64,000 nt of DNA, taken from contig CAWGJO010000027.1 in the NCBI GenBank assembly GCA_963822945.1, positions 32,001-96,000 of the forward strand. The letters are read 5' to 3'. The notes under the pieces are model-generated. The model searched no databases and had not been told where the DNA came from. It saw only the letters and a program-made list of their open reading frames with translations. Positions 29,388 through 38,250 of the stretch are shown here, one piece after another. Origin of the DNA: an uncultured Gemmatimonadaceae bacterium (GTDB lineage: Bacteria > Gemmatimonadota > Gemmatimonadetes > Gemmatimonadales > Gemmatimonadaceae). Each line of letters starts with the position of its first letter. The first letter of the stretch is position 1. A program made the translations under genes and the position numbers.

Positions 29388-31314
29388 ATGACCCATCATG
29401 AATCGCGGCGCCGGTGGCAGCCCGGCGTTCGCCTGTCCCTGTTGACGCTGACGCTCGCCGCGCTGGGCCTGGCCCCGGCATCGGCGGCCGCCCAGTCGTC
29501 GCTGTACATGCCCCGCGCCATCACCCAGACCTACCGGAACGGCACGCGGTCCATGGACGGCCTGCCCGGCGCCAAGTACTGGCAGAATCGCGGCCGGTAC
29601 GCGATCACGATCTCCACCGATGCCCCCGGATCGCCGGGTGTCGGGCACCGAGCAGATCGTTTACGTGAACAACAGCCCCGACACACTCCGGGTGCTCGTG
29701 ATCAAGCTGTTCCCCAACTATCACAGGCCCGGCGCTCCTCGCGACGGCGGCGCGTCTGGAGACTTCCTCACCTCCGGCGTCCACATCCGCTCGTTCGCGG
29801 TGAACGGCACGGCGACGACAGTGGGACGACGATCCCGCGCTACTTCACCTGGCAGCCGGTGAGGCTGCCCACCGCGCTGGCCCCGCACGACTCCGTGCGC
29901 CTGGCCTTCGCTGGTACTACGACCTCTCCAAGCGGCCGGGCCGCGAAGGTGTCATCGATTCCACCAGGTTCTACATCGCGTACTTCTATCCCCGCGTCGC
30001 CGTCTACGACGACTACAACGGGTGGGATACGATGGACCACCGGGCCACGAGTTCTACAGCGACTTCAACGACTACGACGTCTCGGTCAACGTGCCGAAGA
30101 ACTTCGTGGTCTGGGGTACCGGCACGCTCACCAACGCCGAGCAGCTGCTGCAGCCCGGCCCGCTGGCCCGCTTCAACGGCGTCGTTCAGCATCGATTCGA
30201 CAGTGCACGTGGCCACCGGTACCCAGATCCACGACGGAAAGATCACCGCGCAGGCGGCGATGAACAGCTGGCACTTCACGGCGAACGACATCCCCGACAT
30301 GGCGTTCGGACTGAGCGACCACTACGACTGGGATGCAGCGAGCGTGGTGGTGGACGACGCCGCGCATCGGCGTGCCAGCATCCAGGCGGCGTATAAGGAT
30401 GCCGCCTAGGATTTCCACTAGATGGTGAAGTTCGGCCGGCACTCGCTGGATTACCTGTCGCACGACTGGCCGGGCGTGCCCTATCCCTACGAGAAGACCA
30501 CCGAGTTCCAGGGGGGGGCCGACATGGAATACCCGATGATGGTGAACGACAAGTCTACCCCGACCCGGCGTTCTCGAATTCGTCGCCGCGCACGAGATCG
30601 CGCACACCTACATGCCGTTCTACATGGGCATCAACGAAACCCGGTACGGGTTCATGGATGAGGGATGGGCCACGACCTTCGAATACCTGATCAACCAGCG
30701 GGACATGGGGCCGGCACAGGCAGCGACGCTCTTCAAGCAGTTCCGCGTCAATGGCTGGACCCGCGATCCCTCGCCGCTGGAGGATCTGCCGATCGTCACG
30801 CCAGGAGACATCCTCAAGGGTGCGGCGCTACGGCAACAACGCCTACGGCAAGCCCGCCCTCGGCTACCTCGCGATGAAGGACCTGCTCGGCGACGACATG
30901 TTCCGGGAGTGCCTCCACGCCTTCATGGACCGGTGGCATGGGAAGCATCCCATCCCGTGGGACTTCTTCTACACTTTCAACGATGTCTCAGGGCGGAACC
31001 TCGACTGGTTCTGGAGCAACTGGTTCTTCAGCAACAACTACATCGATCTCGCCGTCAAGGGCGTCAAGAAGTCGGGCAGCGGCTACGCAGTGACGGTCGA
31101 GAACATCGGTGGCATGGTGGCGCCCTTCGACGTGGTGCTCCACTTCACCGACGGGAGCACGCAGCGGACACACGAGACGCCGGCCGTGTGGGAGCGCAAT
31201 CAGAAGCGGACCACGGTGTCCGTCCACTCCGGCAAGAAGCTGCAGTCGGTGGTGCTGGACGGCGGCATCTGGGTGGATGCCAATGCGGCGAACAACACCT
31301 GGACCGTGAAGTAG
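29388..31314 (+). pseudogene. M1 family metallopeptidase with many frameshifts and two in-frame TAGs (pseudogene or assembly error)
   Basis: PGAKYWQN; NNSPDTL; FYSDFNDYDV; MEYPMMVND; HEIAH-x18-E at 30591; NNAYGKPAL; spread over at least 7 frame segments. Confidence 0.8.
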
Positions 31315-31406
31315 CGAACGCATGCCGGCATCGAGGCACGGCGAGACGGCGCTCAGGCCGTCCGCCGCGCTTCGGTGCGCGATGGTGCAACGGCCGGGTG
31401 TGCAGG

Positions 31407-31739
31407 CTACGACGAGGAACTTCCGGCACGCCGAACTTCGCGCACGACGCCGTACCCCAGACCCACCAGGAATCCGGCCGGCCCGGTAATGAAGATGCCG
31501 AGCAGCGGACCCTGGTTGGCCTCGGGCGCCAGGAGCATCGGACCGAGGAACCCGGCGGCGAACGCAATGCCGCCCACCACGACCGCCGGACCCAGCGCCC
31601 GTCGCACGACCCCACGCCAACGCTCGCCGAAGGCGCCGTAGTTGAGCAGAACGGCCAGGGTCAGCAAGGCGAGGAATGCGATTCCCATGACACCCTCCGG
31701 ATTGGCGGCCGGCTGCATGAGGAAGCCGACCGCCATCAT
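31407..31739 (-). CDS. Small membrane protein
   Basis: Three TMs; ANQGPLLGIFITGPAGFLVG; begins 20 nt after the mddA stop. Confidence 0.65.
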   Translation of the reverse strand: MMAVGFLMQPAANPEGVMGIAFLALLTLAVLLNYGAFGERWRGVVRRALGPAVVVGGIAFAAGFLGPMLLAPEANQGPLLGIFITGPAGFLVGLGYGVVREVRRAGSSSS

Positions 31740-31759
31740 GCACCGGAGGGCGGATCACG

Positions 31760-32533
31760 TCAATGCGCCTGGTCGGGCATCGAGCGTGCGGACCTCGGGG
31801 CCGGCGCCGGTGCGCGCGGTATGCCCACCAACATGGGGGTGCGCGCCTTGTATTCGCTGTACGCCGAACCCAGGTAGTACGCGTGGTCGCGCTCCTCGAG
31901 CATGACCCCGATCAGGATGTACGCGGTGGTTGCGACGGCGAACGCGAATCGCGCCGCTCCCATCGTCGGCGCCGCCCAGAACGCAATGATGAATCCGAGC
32001 ATCAATGGATTCCGGCTGTACCGGTAATACATCCGGGTCACGAACGGCGGGTGCGTGTACTTGCGGCCCCGGAAGTTGAGCCACACCTGCCGCAGGCCGA
32101 ACAGATCGAAGTGGTCGATCATGAAGGTGCCGGTGAGCAGGAACAGCCACCCGAACGCGAACAGGACCCACAGCACGTCGCGTCCCGCCGCCGACTGCAC
32201 GTTCCACACGGTGCCGGGAATCGGACGCCACTGCCAGAACAGGAGATCGAGCAGCAGGCTGGCGATCAGCACATAGGTTGATCGCTCGGCGGCCACCGGA
32301 ACGATCTTCGTCCACCACTGTTTGAACCACCGCCGGGCCATGATGCTGTGCTGCACGGCGAAGGCGGCGAGCAGCAGAGCGTCGATGACGAGCGCCTGGG
32401 CCAGCGGCGTCGTGGCCGCGCCGTCCACGCATTTGGGCACACCGACGCACCCGACGAAGCCGATGGCATAGAGGAAGGTGAGGAAGAACACGGCGTACGC
32501 GAGCGTTCCGTACAACAAGAGAACGGATCCCAT
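31760..32533 (-). CDS. mddA: Methanethiol S-methyltransferase (MddA-like)
   Basis: YAVFFLTFLYAIGFVG; FAVQHSIMAR..FK.WW; ERSTYVL; LFWQWRP; HFDLFGLRQV; AFWAAPTM; TTAYILIG..LEERD. Confidence 0.82.
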   Translation of the reverse strand: MGSVLLLYGTLAYAVFFLTFLYAIGFVGCVGVPKCVDGAATTPLAQALVIDALLLAAFAVQHSIMARRWFKQWWTKIVPVAAERSTYVLIASLLLDLLFWQWRPIPGTVWNVQSAAGRDVLWVLFAFGWLFLLTGTFMIDHFDLFGLRQVWLNFRGRKYTHPPFVTRMYYRYSRNPLMLGFIIAFWAAPTMGAARFAFAVATTAYILIGVMLEERDHAYYLGSAYSEYKARTPMLVGIPRAPAPAPRSARSMPDQAH

Positions 32534-32584
32534 CGGGGCCTCCCGGTGTCTGGGTTCACTGCATCTATTCGAAACGCGCGAAGG

Positions 32585-33178
32585 TCAGCGTTTCGCTTCG
32601 AGCAGGAGGCGGTCGAGCGCGTGTCGCGCCCGCCGCTCCGCCTTGGGATCGTGGAACAGCCGATCGGCGTGGTTGTAGCCGAGGGTAATCGCGTGGAAGT
32701 CGTGCGCGAACTGCTCGCAGTCGAGGTGCTTGCGGAAATCGCCGTCGGCAACCGCCCGCCTGGCGGCGTCTTCGATGATCGCATACCACTGTCGATACGC
32801 GGCGACGAGTTCGTCGCGCACCGGCCCCGGCCGATCGTCGAACTCCACCGCCGCCGTGACGAACAGGCATCCGCCGTCGAGCTTGTCGTGCGACCAGCGA
32901 ACCCATCCCCGAAAAAGCGCGCGCAACACGTCGACCCCGCGCCGGCGGCGCTGCGCGTCGGCGACGACGACCTCGCTGAAGGTGCGGATGCCCCGGCGGA
33001 GGATGGCTATCTGGAGCGCTTCCTTCGAACCGAAATGCGCGTAGAGCCCGCTCTTCGAGAGTTGCATGCGCTCGGCGAGATCGCCGATCGAGAGGGCGTC
33101 GAGCCCGACCACGCTGGCCATCTGGATGGCCTGTTCGAGGATCAGTCCGCGGGTGCGGTCACCTTTGGCGAGTTTCAC
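32585..33178 (-). CDS. TetR family regulator
   Basis: KGDRTRGLILEQAIQMASVVGLDALSIGDLA..SKSGLYAHFGSKEALQ; GGCLFVTAAVEFDDRPGPVRD. Confidence 0.92.
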   Translation of the reverse strand: MKLAKGDRTRGLILEQAIQMASVVGLDALSIGDLAERMQLSKSGLYAHFGSKEALQIAILRRGIRTFSEVVVADAQRRRRGVDVLRALFRGWVRWSHDKLDGGCLFVTAAVEFDDRPGPVRDELVAAYRQWYAIIEDAARRAVADGDFRKHLDCEQFAHDFHAITLGYNHADRLFHDPKAERRARHALDRLLLEAKR

Positions 33179-33185
33179 GACGCCA

Positions 33186-33214
33186 GAAATAGCACGAACG
33201 ATCGTTTTTGTCAA
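33186..33214 (-). promoter_or_regulatory. Sigma70 promoter TTGACA-N17-TATTTC with ACGATCGTTCGT operator; leaderless transcript
   Basis: Perfect -35, TG-extended -10, GTG start 7 nt downstream; quasi-palindrome in the spacer. Confidence 0.7.
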
Positions 33215-33242
33215 ACACGCACGCGGGCCCGTCGACGCCGGC

Positions 33243-33479
33243 TCACCCCGCGCCCGGCTCGCCGGGCGTCCACGCCGCCAGTTCTTCCGGCGCCGCGAGA
33301 TCGCTGCGGCTGTCCCACGCGGCCCAGCCGGTGCGGCGCTCCCGAACCGTCTCCGCGGCGGCCGCGGGAGAGTGAAAAGTCGCGAGAGGCGTGCCGTCGA
33401 TTCCCAACCGCACCCGATCCGGAAATTCGGCGTGCGGCCGAATCCAGAACGTGCCCACCGTGGTCTTGAAGTAGAACAT
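33243..33479 (-). CDS. Hypothetical protein, 78 aa
   Basis: MFYFKTTVGTFWIRP..; GGAGG RBS; GC3-rich codons. Confidence 0.65.
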   Translation of the reverse strand: MFYFKTTVGTFWIRPHAEFPDRVRLGIDGTPLATFHSPAAAAETVRERRTGWAAWDSRSDLAAPEELAAWTPGEPGAG

Positions 33480-33754
33480 CCTCCGCTTCCCCTCCACCTT
33501 GGATCGGTCTTCGTCTGGTCGCGTCACCGTGCGGGGACCTCGACATGCGCCCGGGCCGGCATCAAGCCCTATTATCGCGGTGAACTCTCGGCGCCCGCAA
33601 GCACGCGCCGCACGCGGCCCCCGATCGGCGACCGGTCCGACGGCAATGCGCCCGGCGCGAGCGCCGCTCGGGGGCTGGCCAAGCGGACGTTCCGGCGCGA
33701 TTCTGTGAACGCGTCAATCACCCGCCCATGCCCAACCGCTTCCGGAGAATCACT

Positions 33755-35614
33755 GTGAGCAATCCCGAAGATCTCCTCGAACAGACACAGGCCGACCTCG
33801 AAGCCACCGACTTCGACGAGGAGGCGTTCGGCATCGACCGCCGGCATTTCGTCTTCCTCTCCCTCGCCGCCGCGGCCGCCTCCACGCTCGGCGCCCCCGC
33901 CGCCGCCCTCGCCCAGGGTCGCGGACGCGCCGGCGCCGCCGCCACGGGACGGCAGGCACTCCAGCAACAGGAGCCGCCGGCGCCCCTCGGCAACGGCGAA
34001 CCGCCGGCCCTCCAGTTCCAGCCGTATCCGGGCGGCACCGGCGCGCTGATGGAGAAGCTCGTCCGCGAGCGCGGTGCCACGGCATTCGATCGCGGCCACT
34101 ACGAACCGGAACCGTGGACGGGCGCCGTCCCGTCGTCGGACGAGGAGATCGCCTTTCTCCCCGCGCACCGGCTGTCCGCCATGCTCAAGGCGCGCCGCAT
34201 CACCTCGGCGCGGCTCACCGACATCTACCTCGCGCGCCTCAAGCGCCTGAACCCCACACTGCTCTGCGCCGTGACGATCATGGAGGCGCAGGCGCGCGCC
34301 GAAGCGGCGCAGGCCGACCGGGAGATCGCGGCGGGCAACTATCGTGGCCCGCTGCACGGCCTGCCCTACGGCGTCAAGGACCTGTTCGCCACCAAGGGCG
34401 TGCCGACCACGTGGGGCGCCAAGGACTTCGAGCACCGCATCATCGACGAGGACGCCGAGGTCGTGGTTCGCCTGCGCAACGCCGGCGCCGTGCTCATCGC
34501 CAAGCTCGCCACCGGCCTCTTCGCGCAGAACGACCAGTGGTTCCGCGGACGCACCAACAACCCGTGGAATCTCTCGCAGGGGTCGAGCGGGTCGTCGGCC
34601 GGCCCGGCGTCGGCCACGGCGGCCGGGTGCGTGGCGTTCGGGATCGGCACGGAGACGTCGGGCTCGATCGTCTCGCCCACCATCCGCTGCGGCCTGAGCG
34701 CGCTGCGTCCCACGTTCGGCAGCGTGAGCCGGTACGGCGGCATGGTGCTCGCCTGGTCGCAGGACCGCGTGGGGCCCATCGTCCGCACCAGCGAGGACGC
34801 GGCGATGGTGTTCAACGTCATCCACGGCGTGGACGAGAAGGATCCCTCCACGGTGACCATGCCCTTCCAGTTCAACCGCAACATCGATCTCGCCACGCTG
34901 CGCATCGGCGTGGACGACCAGGCCCCGCCCGAGTTGGTGAACAAACTCAAGGAGCTGGGCATGAAGCCGGTGACCATCGGCGCGCGTCCCACCGTGCCCG
35001 GCATCAGCGGCACCTCGGGGGGACTCAACACGGAGTATGCCTCCGCCTTCGACACGTACGTGCAGCGGAAGGCGAAAGAGATCGGACTCGACCTCAACGA
35101 TCTGCCGGCGGTTCCCCCGCGCCCGGCGTCGGGACGAGGGATGCTGCCGTACGGTACGCCGAATGGCAGCCCACCGCCCACCGACCCCCAGGCGCCGGCC
35201 GACTGGAATCCGCGCTTCGTGTACGGGCGGACGATTCCAGGATACGAGTTCCTGAACACCGAGCGCCGGCGCTACATCCTGATCAGCAAGTGGGCCGAGT
35301 ACCTCAAGGACGTGGACATGTACATCGGCAGCCCGTTCGCCGACGTCGGCGAGTGCGCGCAGACCGGCTATCCGAGTGCGGTGCTGCCGTTCAAGTTCGG
35401 CGTCCCATCGGTGTTCGGTCGTGGCCGCGGCCGGGGCCGGGGCGGCCGGGGTGGCGCCGCGGAATCGGCGGCCGCCGCGCCCGAACCGAAGCTCAACCCG
35501 CAACCGATCTGCGGGCAGATCATCGGCACGCTGTACAACGACGACCTCATCCTGTCGGTGGCGCACAAGTTCCAGACGCACGACGACACGGTGAACAAGC
35601 ACCCGGCGCTCTAG
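33755..35614 (+). CDS. Amidase signature family protein, Tat-like signal
   Basis: IDRRHFVFLSLAAAAA; GPLHGLPYGVKD; GSSGSSAG; GTETSGSI. Confidence 0.92.
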   Translation: MSNPEDLLEQTQADLEATDFDEEAFGIDRRHFVFLSLAAAAASTLGAPAAALAQGRGRAGAAATGRQALQQQEPPAPLGNGEPPALQFQPYPGGTGALMEKLVRERGATAFDRGHYEPEPWTGAVPSSDEEIAFLPAHRLSAMLKARRITSARLTDIYLARLKRLNPTLLCAVTIMEAQARAEAAQADREIAAGNYRGPLHGLPYGVKDLFATKGVPTTWGAKDFEHRIIDEDAEVVVRLRNAGAVLIAKLATGLFAQNDQWFRGRTNNPWNLSQGSSGSSAGPASATAAGCVAFGIGTETSGSIVSPTIRCGLSALRPTFGSVSRYGGMVLAWSQDRVGPIVRTSEDAAMVFNVIHGVDEKDPSTVTMPFQFNRNIDLATLRIGVDDQAPPELVNKLKELGMKPVTIGARPTVPGISGTSGGLNTEYASAFDTYVQRKAKEIGLDLNDLPAVPPRPASGRGMLPYGTPNGSPPPTDPQAPADWNPRFVYGRTIPGYEFLNTERRRYILISKWAEYLKDVDMYIGSPFADVGECAQTGYPSAVLPFKFGVPSVFGRGRGRGRGGRGGAAESAAAAPEPKLNPQPICGQIIGTLYNDDLILSVAHKFQTHDDTVNKHPAL

Positions 35615-35631
35615 CGCGCGCGACCGGCAAG

Positions 35632-35664
35632 CCCCGGCCGCGGCGGAATCTTGCCGCGCCGGGG
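35632..35664. terminator. GC-rich hairpin between convergent genes
   Basis: CCCCGG.CGCGGCGG aatc TTGCCGCG CCGGGG. Confidence 0.5.
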
Positions 35665-38055
35665 TTACTCGCGGCTCAGCACTTCCATTGGCGCCACGCC
35701 ACTCGCCTGCCGCGCCGGCAGATAGCTGGCCACCAGCGCCACCACGACCAGGAGCGCGGGCACGGCGGCGAACGTGGCGGCGTCGGTGGGCTGCACCTGG
35801 AACAGCAAGCCGCGCATGAGGTGGCCGGCACCCCACCCACCGGCCAGACCGAATACGACGCCGATAGTGGCCAGTCGCATCGCACCACCCACGAATGCAC
35901 GGACGATGCTGCCGGGCGCCGCGCCCATTGCCATGCGAATGCCGATCTCACGCCGGCGCTGCGCCACGTTGAACGCCATCACCGCCGAGATCCCACTGGC
36001 GGCGAGCAGCAGCGCCAGCGCCGCGAAGCTGGCCATCAACAGCAGGTTGAATCGGGGCGCGGCCATCGCGTCGCGCCGGTTGCGCGCCAGGGGATGGACG
36101 TCGGCCACCGGAAGCACCGGATCGAGCGTGTGGATGGCTCCGCGCACGGAGGCCGCGAGCAAGGCGGGATCTCCGCCCGCGCTGCGCACCACCAGCGTCA
36201 TGGCCGACATCGGCACCTGATTGTACGGGACGTACAACATGGGCTCCGCGTCGGTTTGCGGCGCCACGTCCCGCACGTCGCCCACGACGCCGATCACGGT
36301 GCGGGGCGTGCCGCTGGTGCCGCCCCAGAACAGCTGCTTGCCGACGGCGTTTTGCCCCGGCCACAGCCGGGCCGCCAGGCTCCGCGAGATGACGACGATC
36401 GGCGGTCCGTTCGACGCATCCGACGAGGTGAACACGCGTCCGCGCGTGACCGGGATGCCCATGGCCGCGAAGAACTCCGGCGTCACGCTGCGCCACCCGG
36501 CCTGCATGAATCCGCTGGAGGGCGCCGAAGCCGCGCGGTCCTGCGGCGTCACGTCGTTCACGTAGTTCCACCCGCTGAACGGGTCGACGGCGCTCGCCCC
36601 GGCGGCACGGACGCCCGGCAGTCCGCGCAGATGAGCCGTTAGCCGGCTGAAGAAGATGGCGCGCGCCTCGTCGTCGTAGCGCTGGGGCGGGAGATTCAGA
36701 TTCACGGCGAGCACGTGCTGGGCGTCGAAGCCGGTGTCCACCGCGCTCAACCGTCCGAAGCTGCGCAGCATGAGGCCGGCACCGGTGAGCAGCACGATGG
36801 AAAGTGCCACCTGAAACACCACGAGCACATCGCGCTGGCGCCGATGACTCCGGGATATGCCTCCGCGCGCCCCCTCGCCCAGCACGGCCGCCGGATCCAC
36901 GCGCGACGCGCGCAACGCCGGCAGCAGGCCACACGCGAACGTGGTCAGCACACTGAGCAACAGCGCCACACCGATGGCGCGGCCGTCCACGCCCACCTCT
37001 TCCAGCCGCGGAATGCGACCGGCGCCGAACGTGCGCGCCGCGGTCATTCCCCATGTGGCCGCGATCACGCCGGCTACCGTGGCGCCTCCGGCCAGCAGGC
37101 CGCTCTCGACCAACATCTGCCGCACGAGCCGAGACCTGGTGCCCCCCAGGGCGGTCCGCACGCCCATCTCCACCTGGCGCGTGCTGGCCCTGGCGAGCAA
37201 GAGATTGGCCACGTTGGCGCAGGCGAGAATGAGCAGCAATCCGGTGGCGGCGAGCAGCACCCACCCGGCACGACGGAAGTTGTCGTCGACGAGCGCGTGC
37301 GACAGGGGCTCGAGGCGTGTTCCCCATCCCTTGCTCGTCGGGTAGATCGCATCGATTCCGGCGGTGATGCGATCGAAGTCCGCCTGCGACTGCTCGAGCG
37401 TCACACCGGGTTTGAGCCGGCCCACCAGCGACAACCAGTGATCGTCGCGATCCGAGCGCGCGTTCGCGTGCAACGGTACGTAGACGTCCGCTTCGGGAAA
37501 GTGTGCCGCCGCCGGCATCACTCCCACCACCGTGTAGGACCGGGTGTTGAGCGTCACCGTGCTTCCCAAGATGGACGTGTCGGAGCCGAATCGGCCGCTC
37601 CAGAGCGCGTGGCTCAGAATCACGACGCGCGCGGAATCGCCGGCGGCATCTTCGTCCGGGCGGAAGGTGCGGCCCAACGCGGGCTGCACACCGAGCACCG
37701 CGAACAGCGTGTGGCTGGTCGCCATGCCGTGCAATTGCTGGGGATCGCCGGTGCCCGTGAGCGCCAGGTCGGCCCGCTTGTACGCCGCCAGGCCCGTCAG
37801 CGAGTGGTTCTGGGTGCTGAAGTCGAGAAAGTCGGGATCCGAAGCAACGAAGTCGGCGCCCTGCGGCGAGGTCTCCCAGACCTGTACCAACCGGTCGGGT
37901 GCCGCGAACGGAAGAGGCCGGATGATGACGGCGTCGACCACACCGAAGATCGTCGTCGTCGCCCCGATGGCGAGGGCAAGCGTGAGGACGGCCGCGACCG
38001 TGAATCCGGGGCGTGTGCGTAGCGTGCGGATCGCATGTCGGACTTCCTGGAGCAT
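35665..38055 (-). CDS. Duplicated orphan ABC permease (ADOP)
   Basis: PGFTVAAVLTLALAIGATT; LILACANVANLLLARA; QRRREIGIRMAMGA; SYLPARQAS. Confidence 0.92.
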   Translation of the reverse strand: MLQEVRHAIRTLRTRPGFTVAAVLTLALAIGATTTIFGVVDAVIIRPLPFAAPDRLVQVWETSPQGADFVASDPDFLDFSTQNHSLTGLAAYKRADLALTGTGDPQQLHGMATSHTLFAVLGVQPALGRTFRPDEDAAGDSARVVILSHALWSGRFGSDTSILGSTVTLNTRSYTVVGVMPAAAHFPEADVYVPLHANARSDRDDHWLSLVGRLKPGVTLEQSQADFDRITAGIDAIYPTSKGWGTRLEPLSHALVDDNFRRAGWVLLAATGLLLILACANVANLLLARASTRQVEMGVRTALGGTRSRLVRQMLVESGLLAGGATVAGVIAATWGMTAARTFGAGRIPRLEEVGVDGRAIGVALLLSVLTTFACGLLPALRASRVDPAAVLGEGARGGISRSHRRQRDVLVVFQVALSIVLLTGAGLMLRSFGRLSAVDTGFDAQHVLAVNLNLPPQRYDDEARAIFFSRLTAHLRGLPGVRAAGASAVDPFSGWNYVNDVTPQDRAASAPSSGFMQAGWRSVTPEFFAAMGIPVTRGRVFTSSDASNGPPIVVISRSLAARLWPGQNAVGKQLFWGGTSGTPRTVIGVVGDVRDVAPQTDAEPMLYVPYNQVPMSAMTLVVRSAGGDPALLAASVRGAIHTLDPVLPVADVHPLARNRRDAMAAPRFNLLLMASFAALALLLAASGISAVMAFNVAQRRREIGIRMAMGAAPGSIVRAFVGGAMRLATIGVVFGLAGGWGAGHLMRGLLFQVQPTDAATFAAVPALLVVVALVASYLPARQASGVAPMEVLSRE

Positions 38056-38124
38056 CACCCGAACCTCACGAAGAGTGGAGCGGACGGAACCGTCGACGCA
38101 AAGCATCCGTCACGCTCCAACCGG

Positions 38125-38240
38125 GCAATACCCGTGCCACCACGCGCCGGGGCTACGCCACGGGAAATCAACGAGTTGGCGTCGGCTGCCGGCAGCCGGA
38201 TGTGTTCGCAAATGGGACGGAGTGTCCGGGGCCGGACACT
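38125..38240 (-). promoter_or_regulatory. Sigma54 promoter with IHF site and palindromic upstream activator sites
   Basis: TGGCAC-N5-TTGC (38139-38125); AATCAACGAGTTG matches WATCAA-N4-TTR (38166-78); AGTGTCCGG-GG-CCGGACACT (38221-40) plus a degenerate copy near 38202-19. Confidence 0.8.
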
Positions 38241-38250
38241 CCGTCCCTCC

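Noticed and set aside
30407..30421. TAG reassignment or pyrrolysine readthrough
   Set aside because: TAG terminates other genes here (29294, 31314, 35614, 62621), no pyl genes are visible, and the same gene is full of indels.
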